Source: Octopus bimaculoides
Taxonomy: Eukaryota
Reading direction: 5' to 3'
Assembly: GCF_001194135.2 (NCBI RefSeq)
Contig: NC_068986.1
Span: 4,669,108-4,723,764, forward strand
DNA length: 54,657 nt
The position numbers were made by a program, and so were the translations under genes. The notes below the pieces were generated by a model. It ran no database searches. It was not told where the DNA came from and worked only from the letters and a program-made list of their open reading frames with translations. Below, in pieces: positions 23,270 through 33,753 of the stretch; within the stretch, counting starts at the first letter, position 1; the number at the start of each line of letters is the position of its first letter.

Positions 23270-23470
23270 TGAGGGGGTGCTGAAAAGTTGCTGGCTTTGA
23301 GAAAAGAAAATACAGGAGGATCAGTTAATTATGATTTTATTGAACAGATTCACACACTTATTGCAGCAGTCCTTCAGTTTCTCTAACCTCTGTCAAAGAA
23401 CTCAAAAGGGTGTGCCTCCCACCAGGCCTTTAGCGGTACTCTTAAAGCATGGACTTTTCAACACTCCCTT
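23270..23470 (-). mobile_element. Mariner-derived MITE (copy 2)
   Basis: TIRs GAGGGGGTGCTGAAAAGTTGCTGGCTTT / AAAGCATGGACTTTTCAACACTCCCT. Interior is the reverse complement of 41315-41531. Confidence 0.82.
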
Positions 23471-25408
23471 CTGTATATGTACTTATATACATGTACATTC
23501 ATACTTGTTAAACATAGGCAAAAAAACAAAAAACATGATGGTGTGTAAACTTAATTTATTAAGACTGAAGGAGTTTGAGTAAAAATATTTTTTATCTACT
23601 ACAAATAATACCTGTTCACTGTTTCTCTTTTTAATTGATAGCCTTGTCAAAATAATTGAGAGTATGTATCACACTAATTTCTAAGTTGAATACATGCTTC
23701 AATATTTTAATGCTAGTCTCAGAATTTTGAAAACCTTTCTATCCTTTTGACATAGGAAAATGGTTCTGAGCTATCTTCAAGAAATCAATATGTGGATTAG
23801 GAAAGTGTTCAAGGCTGTCAATACTGATATTTAGTATATTTTCCCTTTTGGAAGGAATCTTACATGTATTGAGGAAATGGTAACATTGAGAAAAGCAAAA
23901 ATGTGCATTATCCACTAACTACTCAACATGCTAATGATAGTAAATTTAAAAAATAGGAAGTAAATATTTGCTTCTGTGTGGAATCTATTATTATGACCTA
24001 CTGCAATATGTAGTCCCACACAGGCCACAAGGGAAGTTTATACTTTTATTTAATAGAATTTTAAAATCTGTTTTTAGATGTAGACATATATTCATAAAAT
24101 TTTAAAATAAAAATGTATATTGCTTGGAGTTAGAATGCAGATGCAGCACATGCAGTGCTTATTTTCTCTAAAGATATCCAGCATATTCCAATTTGTTTTA
24201 CTCTTTTGGTGTGCCAACCACCTTAATAACTAATAGATTAGTCAACATTTCCCAATGCAAATTTCGTATTCATCATTACCAAATGTGTGTGTGTGTGTGT
24301 GTGTGAAAAAGAAAGAAAGAAAGAAATGAACAACATAAATTATTATCATCCAAATTAAAGAGTAAACAATTTAGTTCCAACGTGCTGCACCAGCTTCCTA
24401 AATAATAAAGATTTCAATGAAACATCGTTCACAGGACAGGAAGAGTTCAAAATGATTAACATTCTTTGGTAATGATTCAATAAAAGATTTAAATAGAAAA
24501 GAGTACATGTCAACATTAAGATTTACTGTATCAGCTTCCATTTCTGACAGTAAGGGGAGTGCTGTCTTTTCTATTTCATTGAACCAAAAAAAGTGTCTGA
24601 AATAAAAAAAAAAGACTTTCTTTCCATTAATTAACTTAGCAATTTCCATTTTATTGCTTTAACAACTTCACTTTCACTGTTAGTTATGTCAAATCAATCA
24701 GCCATACAATGGATTGTTCTTTGCCTTTCATCTTTTCTTTTCCTTTTCTCTTTGTTATTAGTTTCTTAGACATTTTCTTTTACATCCAAAAATATATAAA
24801 CAAAGTTTTTATTTTTGTTGTGTGAACTCATAAACTTATAGCGGTTGCTCATAGAATTTTGAACCTTTTGTGCTTTGAACACAAAGTAGATGGAAATAAA
24901 GTTTGCTAATCTATATTGAAACCAATGTCAAGCCATTGTTGATATTTCATTAGGTATTATTATGACAAGACATAAATCTCCAGTTGTTGCACTGATCAAT
25001 GTTTATCCACTTCAGTTCCTTATTCATTTGTTAGCCATCTTATAGAAAGATTATACTTCACTGAGGAGGTTTAATAAAAGCAAAATATGACCAGAGTTGT
25101 CTCCCATACTACAAAATACACACGACATTCAGTTTTTAATTTAAATTTTAGAGTTATCTCCTTTGCCTTTCTTGACCAGAATGAATAATTGTTTTTCTCC
25201 ATACTTGTGTAATTAATTGAAATTGTTGTGCTCACTACATTAAGTTTGTTAGCTATGACTTAACTAAGTTGTGAATGGAATTGGTAATCAATTTAGCCAG
25301 GAACTAAATCTAAGTAACTTCTATCTTGCTTTTGGAAATTATTGAAAATTTCTGTATTTATGTTCAAATAATTATTATTGCAAGAGTTAGTTGTAAGTTA
25401 GTTTATGT

Positions 25409-25566
25409 TGGTGCTGACACGGCTGTATGGTTAAGAAGCTTATGCAGCAAAGCCATGGTTTTGGGTTCAGTCCCACTGAACAGCAAGTGCCTTCCACTTA
25501 TAACCCAGGGCTAACCAGTGCCTTGTGAGTGAAGTTGATAGGTGGAAACTGTGTGGCATGCCATCA
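25409..25566 (+). mobile_element. SINE family A, 5' half
   Basis: ggctgtatggttaagaagc..gggttcagtcccactg..gccttgtgagtg. Confidence 0.7.
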
Positions 25567-25580
25567 TATATATATATATA

Positions 25581-25766
25581 ATCATCATCATCATCATCGC
25601 TTAACGTCCACTTTCCATGCTAGCATGGGTTGGACAATTTGACTTAGGACTGGCAAACCAGATGGCTGTGCCAGGTACCAATCTGACCTGGTAGAGTTTC
25701 TACAGCTGGATACCCTTCCTAATGCCAAAAACTCCGAGTGTGTAGTGGGTGCTTTTACATGCCACA
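25581..25766 (-). mobile_element. Family C
   Basis: (CAT)n-cgcttaacgtccactttccatgctagc..ctacagctggatacccttcct. Confidence 0.82.
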
Positions 25767-25768
25767 CA

Positions 25769-25799
<31 letters not shown>

Positions 25800-26772
25800 N
25801 NNNNNNNNNNNNNNNNNNNNNNNNNNNNNNNNNNNNNNNNNNNNNNNNNNNNNNNNNNNNNNNNNNNNNNNNNNNNNNNNNNNNNNNNNNNNNNNNNNNN
25901 NNNNNNNNNNNNNNNNNNNNNNNNNNNNNNNNNNNNNNNNNNNNNNNNNNNNNNNNNNNNNNNNNNNNNNNNNNNNNNNNNNNNNNNNNNNNNNNNNNNN
26001 NNNNNNNNNNNNNNNNNNNNNNNNNNNNNNNNNNNNNNNNNNNNNNNNNNNNNNNNNNNNNNNNNNNNNNNNNNNNNNNNNNNNNNNNNNNNNNNNNNNN
26101 NNNNNNNNNNNNNNNNNNNNNNNNNNNNNNNNNNNNNNNNNNNNNNNNNNNNNNNNNNNNNNNNNNNNNNNNNNNNNNNNNNNNNNNNNNNNNNNNNNNN
26201 NNNNNNNNNNNNNNNNNNNNNNNNNNNNNNNNNNNNNNNNNNNNNNNNNNNNNNNNNNNNNNNNNNNNNNNNNNNNNNNNNNNNNNNNNNNNNNNNNNNN
26301 NNNNNNNNNNNNNNNNNNNNNNNNNNNNNNNNNNNNNNNNNNNNNNNNNNNNNNNNNNNNNNNNNNNNNNNNNNNNNNNNNNNNNNNNNNNNNNNNNNNN
26401 NNNNNNNNNNNNNNNNNNNNNNNNNNNNNNNNNNNNNNNNNNNNNNNNNNNNNNNNNNNNNNNNNNNNNNNNNNNNNNNNNNNNNNNNNNNNNNNNNNNN
26501 NNNNNNNNNNNNNNNNNNNNNNNNNNNNNNNNNNNNNNNNNNNNNNNNNNNNNNNNNNNNNNNNNNNNNNNNNNNNNNNNNNNNNNNNNNNNNNNNNNNN
26601 NNNNNNNNNNNNNNNNNNNNNNNNNNNNNNNNNNNNNNNNNNNNNNNNNNNNNNNNNNNNNNNNNNNNNNNNNNNNNNNNNNNNNNNNNNNNNNNNNNNN
26701 NNNNNNNNNNNNNNNNNNNNNNNNNNNNNNNNNNNNNNNNNNNNNNNNNNNNNNNNNNNNNNNNNNNNNNNN
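25800..26772. other. Assembly gap (N)
   Basis: Run of about 970 N; the four long X-filled ORFs in the track are artefacts of it. Confidence 0.99.
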
Positions 26773-26825
26773 GACTACTGACCGAGACCTTTGGAAATGT
26801 GCTGTGGGTGAGAAGACCCGGCAAA
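26773..26825 (+). mobile_element. Extreme 3' end of an RTE-clade LINE at the gap edge
   Basis: TTDRDLWKCAVGEKTRQ. Shares GAAGACCC and context with the end of 40227-40620. Confidence 0.55.
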
Positions 26826-26907
26826 CAATGTGGATAAATAAGCATTACATTTAGCTGAATAATTTCAATGCTAAAGGGTTAGATAGCTAATTACTATTAA
26901 GTGTACT
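26823..26907 (+). repeat. Exact 85-bp direct duplicate of 28098-28182
   Basis: Base-by-base identity from AAACAATGTGG to TAAGTGTACT. Confidence 0.95.
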
Positions 26908-27216
26908 TATTCTAGCAGTCTCTTTTGCCGAACCACTAAGTTACAGGGATGTAAACACACTGACATCAGTTGTCAAGTAATGGTGGGGGGGGGGACACTA
27001 ACACAAAGACAAACTCACATAAATATATACATATATATATATATATATTATATGCAAGCTCCTTTCAGGTTCCATCTACCAAATCAGCTCACAAGGCCTT
27101 GATCAGTCCAAAGGTTATAGTAGAAGACACTTGTCCAAGGTACCAAGCAGAGGGACTGAACTCGGAACGATGTGGTTAAGAAGAAAGTTTCTTACCATGC
27201 AGCCACACCTACACCT
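26903..27216 (-). mobile_element. SINE family A, 3'-truncated
   Basis: rc of family A from the head to ..AATAAGTAC; the tail portion is missing. Confidence 0.82.
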
Positions 27217-27234
27217 ATACATGCATACATAATG

Positions 27235-27402
27235 GGCTTTGAACAGATTCCAGATTCCATCCACCAAAATCATTCAGAAGGCACTGATGATCACAAAACT
27301 ATTGTAGTAGATATAGTAGATACCTGCCTAAGATGCTGTAGAGTAGGACTGGATCTACATGACCCACATGATCGAGAAGCAAATTTCTTCACCATACAAC
27401 CA
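27235..27402 (-). mobile_element. SINE family A, old decayed 5' half
   Basis: tatagtagatacctgcctaagatgc..accatacaacc matches the family-A head in reverse. Confidence 0.5.
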
Positions 27403-27547
27403 AACCAAAAATTAAATGGGATTACCTAGTGTATTTCAATATGAATATAGTGAGGAAATGATATAGTTCTCAGTTTTGAGTTTTTATTTTTTTAATGCAA
27501 TTTAGTTGCTACTTTCTAGTCTTCATTGGAAATCCAACATTTTTTAA

Positions 27548-27805
27548 TTCTTTAGCATTTAAACCTGCCATAACCAGCAGGCTCAAACCAGTCAGATCTG
27601 GCCTCTCATGTCCACCCCTACGATACCCTTCTAAAAATACACAATCAGGCGTGGTTGTCTGGTAAGAAGCTTGCTACCCAACCACCTGGCTCCGGGCTCA
27701 GTCTCACTCCATGGCACCTTCTGGCAAGTATCTTCTGCTATAGCCTCGGGCCAAGATTTGGTAGACAGAAACTGAAAAAGCCCATTCTATATGTGTGTAT
27801 GTATG

Positions 27806-27858
<53 letters not shown>

Positions 27859-28153
27859 ACCACCACTGCTTGACAACTAGTGTTGGTGTGTTTACATCCC
27901 CGTAACTTACTGGTTCAGCAAAGGAAATCGATAGAATAAGTACCAGGCTTATAAAAAAATTTTTATTAGGGTCAATACATTCGACTAAAATTTCTTCAAG
28001 GCAGTGCACCAGCATGGCCGCAGTCTAATGACTGAAACAAGTAAAAGATAAAAGATATAAAAATTTGGAAGCTATGAGATTATGTATGATTAATTTAAAA
28101 CAATGTGGATAAATAAGCATTACATTTAGCTGAATAATTTCAATGCTAAAGGG
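27548..28153. mobile_element. piggyBac-like MITE interrupted by a SINE-A insertion
   Basis: TTAA|ttCTTTAGCATT (27548-59) ... AATGCTAAAGGG|TTAG (28142-53), i.e. short TIRs and a TTAA-like target. Interior AAACCAGxCAGATCTGGCCTCTCAT recurs at 32607-32631. Confidence 0.65.
27647..28056 (+). mobile_element. SINE family A, full length, inserted in a MITE
   Basis: Colinear with 51487-51904; AAAAGAT tail. Confidence 0.87.
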
Positions 28154-28189
28154 TTAGATAGCTAATTACTATTAAGTGTACTCTTTTGT

Positions 28190-28331
28190 TTATTTATTTA
28201 TTTTATTAATCAACAGAAGTTACAGAGTGACTCGGAGGCAAAGAGTTTCATGCACTGGCACTTATTAAACTTATCAAAATGCATGAAACTTGAGTCACTC
28301 TGTAGCTTTTGTGAATTAATGAAATAATAAA
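28190..28331. repeat. Long imperfect palindrome (hairpin/MITE-like)
   Basis: TACAGAGTGACTC/GAGTCACTCTGTA and AGTTTCATGCA/TGCATGAAACT arms around a 25-nt loop. Confidence 0.8.
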
Positions 28332-28974
28332 GAGAATATATACTCATGTTTTGAGTTTTATTTTCCTGTTTGTATCACCAAGTCTTTTAATTATATTAGA
28401 AACTTCAACCTGTACCATAGTTCATCTAAGCTGTATCTGCATCCTTATTTGAATTAATTACTCATTAGGTATGTATATTTTCCATGAAATTTAAATTTCA
28501 GTGAAATTATGATTTCATTTTTAATCTGTTCTGCTAAGATATGCCATTGTAGAAAGTTGATTTTAATGAGACAATGAAGCAGTTTGATTACATTTGCTTG
28601 AATTATTATGTTAGCATGGAAAAACATACATTAAAAACAAACAAATTGGCAATTGTTACCTGAACTTGATATTTTAATTGATAGTGATAAATTGGCTAAC
28701 TTCCAGCTGGAAAGAAGTTATTAATGTTGATAGGTTACATGAGAAACTTCATAGCAAGACATGGGGATTCTTGGAGGTGGAGTCTTATATGTAGCTAAAT
28801 AAAGTTTCATTCAGAATTTGTGCAGAAAAAATAGTTAAAAATTAAGATATTCAAAAGTAGCTAAAAAGGTGAAAATAATTTAGTATGACCAGTAGAATAG
28901 GGCTTGTGACCAGGTTGTATGTCTTCACTGAAATCTATTGGCATTTTATAGTTTCTGATAAGGAGTTAAAAAGT

Positions 28975-29149
28975 ACCCAGTCCACTCTATAAAGTGGTTG
29001 GCATTAAGAAGGGCATCCAGCTGTAAAAACCATTCCAAAATAGATTGTAGAGCTTGGTGCAGTCTTCTAGCTGACCAGCTCCTATCAAACCATCCAACCC
29101 ATGCCAGCATGGAAGACATGTTAAATGATGATGATGGTGATGATGATGA
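28975..29149 (+). mobile_element. Family C
   Basis: gaagggcatccagctgtaaaaac..ccaacccatgccagcatggaa..(GAT)n. Confidence 0.78.
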
Positions 29150-29150
29150 A

Positions 29151-29370
29151 TGGCAGAATCATTAGCATGCCATACAAAACACTTAGAAGCATTTCTTCCA
29201 GATTTACATTCTGAGTTCAAATCCTGCCAAGGTCTACTTTGCCTTTCATCCTTTGTGGTGGGGTTGGGGTTGGGGGGGCAATAGAATAAGTACCAGTTGA
29301 GTTCTGGGGTCAGTGTAAGCGAGTAGCCCCTTCCCCAAAACTCACACCTTGTGCCTGAAGTGGAATGAAT
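29151..29370 (+). mobile_element. SINE family B
   Basis: TGGCAGAATCATTAGCATGCC head, core GCCTTTCATCCTTT, AATAAGTACCAGTTG. Confidence 0.75.
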
Positions 29371-30014
29371 TTTATAATATCTTACATCTTACATAGCAAC
29401 AAGACCGGAAACAAGAAGGGAGGAGTAATCAATTTAACCATCCCAATACTTGTCTGGTTCTTTAATTTACCCACTCTGGTAGGTTGACAAGCAAAGTTAA
29501 CCTTGTCTTGAACTTAGAACATCAAGAGTTACAACAGATTCCGCAAGTTATTTATAATACAATCAACTAATTCCAGTAGTATCAGTGAGTAGGTCATAAA
29601 TGGAGAGCATTTTTTGACATCTAAATAGTTTATAAGACTATGGAACAATAAAACGGAAGCAAGTACAACAGTCTATGTGTGTTTTAAATTACTCATCCAC
29701 ACTGTAATTGTTTTAGTTCCAACACAAGAACTCAGATCAAGTCACTTGTCAAACAACAACTCAAAAATAATCTTGTTTATTTCTATAAGAGTTCAGAAAC
29801 ATCAATGACTACAACCAGTATGATCATTGTCTATACATGGTTTGTAAGCAGCTAAGAAAACGGTGCACTGTGATGTATGCTAATAGCAAATGGAAATTTA
29901 CAGTAAACTATAGAAGATTTGAAATGACAATGTCATATAGAGACTTCTGACCTGGTAGTAAACCAACTTACATGAAGGTGAGATAAACAATTAGAAGTGG
30001 TTTTAACTATTTGA

Positions 30015-30055
30015 TATATATATATATATATATATATTTGTGTGTGTATATATCT

Positions 30056-30091
<36 letters not shown>

Positions 30092-30157
30092 ATATATGTA
30101 TGTATATATGTATGTGTGTATAGCTAGATATATATACATACATATATACACACACAC
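30015..30157. repeat. Compound (TA)n/(TG)n microsatellite upstream of TPST
   Basis: Direct inspection. Confidence 0.9.
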
Positions 30158-30538
30158 AACAATGATGATGCTGTTTCCAATCTAATGTATTTACCTTCTG
30201 AAATGTAATTATTTTTGATCTGTATGCTTGTAGAAATAGAAATATTTTTTCTTGTGTAAACAATTTGATGGAATACGTCAACATAATATTTATATTAAAT
30301 TTGAATGATTGCTAATTTCTTGTATTTCTGTTTTGTTTCAGTTTCTTCTATGATGTCTTCTCGATGGGTCCGTCAAATACATACGTTCAGCAAAAAATTG
30401 ATTTCATGTATCTGACAAATAGTTAACTCTACTCATATATGTATATATATATATATGTATACATATATATGTAACTAATGCTAACAAAGTCGGAAAACTT
30501 TCACAAGAGCTATATTATAAACTTTGCAGAACTTTCCT

Positions 30539-31401
30539 ATGTGGAGTAGACTATACTTGCAAACAATGATAAGTATGCATGGAAGAAAAGGTAGCATCCG
30601 TAAGCGGCTATTTGTCGGTGCTACATTTATTGTAATTTGCATCTATTTGTCCTACCAAACTTTCTCATGCGTTGGAGGCCCTAAAGTCTACATGGTTCCA
30701 AGCGACCCAATACATTACATTTACGATGAAAAGAATCGAGCTATCCCATATAACAAAGATATGCCTCTTATTTTTATTGGTGGAATGCCTCGAAGTGGTA
30801 CAACACTAATGCGTGCAATGTTAGATGCTCATCCTCTAGTACGATGCGGAGAGGAGACACGAGTCATTCCCCGTATTCTTGCCATGAGATTTCAATGGGA
30901 AAAATCAGCTGTTGAGAAAAAGAGACTCATGGAAGCAGGTATGACGTCTGATGTCGTTGATTCAGCCATATCTGCTTTCATTTTAGAAGTTATTGCAAAA
31001 CATGGAGAAGCTGCACCTCGCTTGTGTAACAAGGATCCCTTCACATTAAAATCAGGTCTTTATCTTAAGCAGTTGTTTCCAAATGCACGTTTTCTGCTGT
31101 TAATACGTGACGGCAGAGCTGTTGTACACTCTATAATTACACGCAAAGTCACAATTACCGGTTTTGATTTGACCAGCTACAGTAAATGTTTAAAGAAATG
31201 GAACCAAGCTATAGAAGCAATGTACTCGCAATGTATTCAGGCTGGCTCCAGTAGATGTATGCCAGTCTATTATGAGAAATTAGTTTTACAACCAGAAATA
31301 TGGATGCGTAAAATTCTTGAATTTCTTGACTTAGAATGGGACAGCAAAGTTTTACACCATGAAGAATATATTGGAAAACCTGGTGGTATATCTATTTCAA
31401 A
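30539..31401 (+). CDS. TPST: Protein-tyrosine sulfotransferase, coding exon 1 (type II Golgi membrane protein)
   Basis: Short basic N-tail, TM helix [20 protein letters not shown] 5'-PSB motif [40 protein letters not shown], 3'-PB motif [11 protein letters not shown] and conserved Cys in [17 protein letters not shown]. First in-frame ATG is 30539 (alternatives 30566, 30575). The exon ends AA|GTAAGT (phase-2 donor at 31402). The TTG start in the ORF track is not the likely start. Confidence 0.96.
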
Positions 31402-31489
31402 GTAAGTACAAACATAATTGTATCACTTTATGTTAACTGCCTTTTTTGTTTTATATTTTTGTATATAGTTTTTAATATCAGCAAAGTAG

Positions 31490-31703
31490 AAGGCAGCGAG
31501 CTGGCAGAATTGTTACTGTGCCGGGCAAAATGCTTTGTGGCATTCCATTCATCTTTACATTCTGAGTTCAAATTTTACCGAGGTTCACTTTGCCTATCAT
31601 CCTTTTGGGGTTGATAAAATAAGTACCAGTCGATCACTGGGTTCAATGTAATCAACTTACCCCCTCCCCTGAAATTGCTGGCCTTGTGCCAAAATTTGAG
31701 GTC
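31490..31703 (+). mobile_element. SINE family B in the TPST intron
   Basis: Full-length. Degenerate flanking repeat aatat(c/t)a(g/a)caaa(g)tag. The central GCCT(T)TCATCC..GATAAAATAAGTACCAG resembles the recalled Meta/MESC SINE core (unverified). Confidence 0.85.
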
Positions 31704-32549
31704 AATATTAACAAATAGACTTTTTTGCATTTATGAGGAATAGCATTGTTGGATATTATTCCTACATCAAATAGGATCTCAATGGCCAAGTCAATGATTC
31801 ATTGCAATTCTGAAAATGGAAATTCTCACAAATGATGTAATAATTCATAGAAAATAAGACTATTAACAACCCATAACCATCTGTAGCCTTACTTTATATG
31901 ATTGCTTTTAACAATTAATTCAGGTGTAATTATTTAGAAAGCAGTGTTTCTGTTTTTATGATCAATGAAAAGCAACTTTGCAATGTTATTTTACTGTGAA
32001 CTTTAAACAACTTGACTGTTTGGATCATCATTATTAGATTATTATTATTATTATTTCCATAGTATCCATAACCTCCACAGGTTATGAATAAATAAATAGT
32101 TGGAGTCATGGGGTAGATCAAAGTTTGCTTTTTATTTCATTTAGCATCTAAATGTCAAAAGCCAAAACATAACCGCTGATTTGAAATTAATGAGTGGTGT
32201 ACATTATAAACTAGTGATAAAGCCCACATAGTCGTTTCAATCCCTATTGAACCATTTTACTGCGTTTACACCGCTAGTACCCACAAGAAAGGCATGAACA
32301 GATAAAAGAAATCAATATTTATATATAGCTGAGAACACAGAATTGGCTGAAATAGTAGAAGTAGAATACCTGATCAAATGCCATGCTGCTATGCAGTAGA
32401 TAGCAAGATGATTATTCTTGATTTGTAAATAATATTCTTTATCAATATATTTATATTTAAAAGGACTTTAAGGCTGAATTCCCTTCTTTTGCACTTGTAG
32501 GATGTAGGCATTAATAATTAATCTAGGCACAAGTGATAAATTCTTTTAA

Positions 32550-32640
32550 CCATTCAGCAATTAAACCAGCCATATCAGACCAAAATAGTCTGCCTATTTT
32601 ATGTTCAAACCAGCCAGATCTGGCCTCTCATACCAGTGTG
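32550..32640. mobile_element. Fragment of the same piggyBac-like MITE, in the TPST intron
   Basis: TTAA|CCATTCAGCAATTAAACCAGCCATA...AAACCAGCCAGATCTGGCCTCTCAT matches 27548-27609. Confidence 0.55.
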
Positions 32641-32956
32641 CTAATGATTCTGCCAGCTTATAGTACATATTTGCATAGAAAGATTACTTTTCTATCTACA
32701 ACATTGGTTTCAGAACATGACTACTTTAGCTATTAAACACATTGTTTCTATGAAGAAAAGTGTGCAGCTTTTCCTACTGTTAATTTAATTTAAGTGTACA
32801 TGGTAAAAATGGAATTGCCCTGATAAATGAACTATTTATTAACTTCTTTGTTGCCCAAGACTCAAGAAAAATTGTCAAATATACATTTTAAAGATGTTAA
32901 GGATGTTCAATTAATTGTAGATGAAGGAAACTCTTAGAAAGTTGGTGCTACTATTG

Positions 32957-33236
32957 TTACTTACTTACCTAAACCTTTCGCTCTCTATAGAGCATAGGTC
33001 AAAGATAACTCTTCTCCACTGTTCTTGATGCTAGGCTACCTCTGTAACTTTGCTTTCTTCTAGATAGAGGTGTTGGCCCAACACAAACCCATTTTTACCT
33101 CTGGGAAATGATTGTCCATATTAGTTTGGCCGCTATTCTTTGACTGGTCCAGCATGAGAGACCTTCTCAGGAGCTTGATTCTGCCATAATAGCTCTCAGT
33201 GTCATTGAGGCACATAAGCACCATGCCATAACAAGG
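32957..33236 (-). mobile_element. Internally deleted (bipartite) RTE element in the TPST intron
   Basis: On the minus strand, a segment resembling recalled RTE 5' UTRs (GTGCCTCAATGACACTGAGAGCTA..GGTCTCTCATGC) is joined to a C-terminal remnant QEQWRRVIFDLCSIESERFR* and a (TAAG)n tail. Confidence 0.6.
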
Positions 33237-33398
33237 ATTATGGAGTACTATAGTTAGGAAGCATCTTATTGTCTAACATCATTGATTCTTTGTGCTCTCA
33301 CTTGCTTCATCATGGTGAAACAATGTTATTGCCTGTATTGTAAATTATATTCACTTTTTTTTTTTGTAACCATATTTTTTATCACTTAAATTTCTTAG

Positions 33399-33753
33399 AA
33401 CTGAGCGCTCAACAGACCAAGTAATTCAACCTGTAAATCTAGAAGCTTTGTCAAAATGGGTTGGTAAAATGCCGAAGGATGTTGTTGAAGGCATGTCTGA
33501 AATTGCTCCAATGCTCGCTGTTCTTGGATATGATCCAAAAGCAAACCCACCTAATTATGGAAAGCCTGATGCAATGGTGGCAGAAAATACTCAGAATATA
33601 CAGAAGAACAGAGAATTCTGGAAGAAAAAAGTCGACATAATCATTAAAGATACCCCAGCAAAAGGTTCTATCTCCAATCGAACACAAAGTTTTCACAAAT
33701 CTCTTAGCAGAACAGATAAGCATTGGAGGAACACATCAAGTCACATGACATGA
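33399..33753 (+). CDS. TPST: Protein-tyrosine sulfotransferase, coding exon 2 (C-terminus)
   Basis: Acceptor tttcttAG at 33397-33398. The phase-2 join gives GGISISK|[48 protein letters not shown], the TPST1/2 C-terminal signature. Stop TGA 33751-33753. Joined CDS is 1218 nt = 405 aa. Confidence 0.95.

Larger units (their letters stand above)
31402..33398 (+). other. TPST phase-2 intron (1997 bp)
   Basis: GTAAGT...TTCTTAG with the frame preserved across the join. Contains a SINE-B copy, a MITE fragment and a non-autonomous RTE. Confidence 0.93.

Noticed and set aside
25700-26854. Four 347-381 aa ORFs in the supplied track
   Set aside because: They consist almost entirely of X from the N gap.
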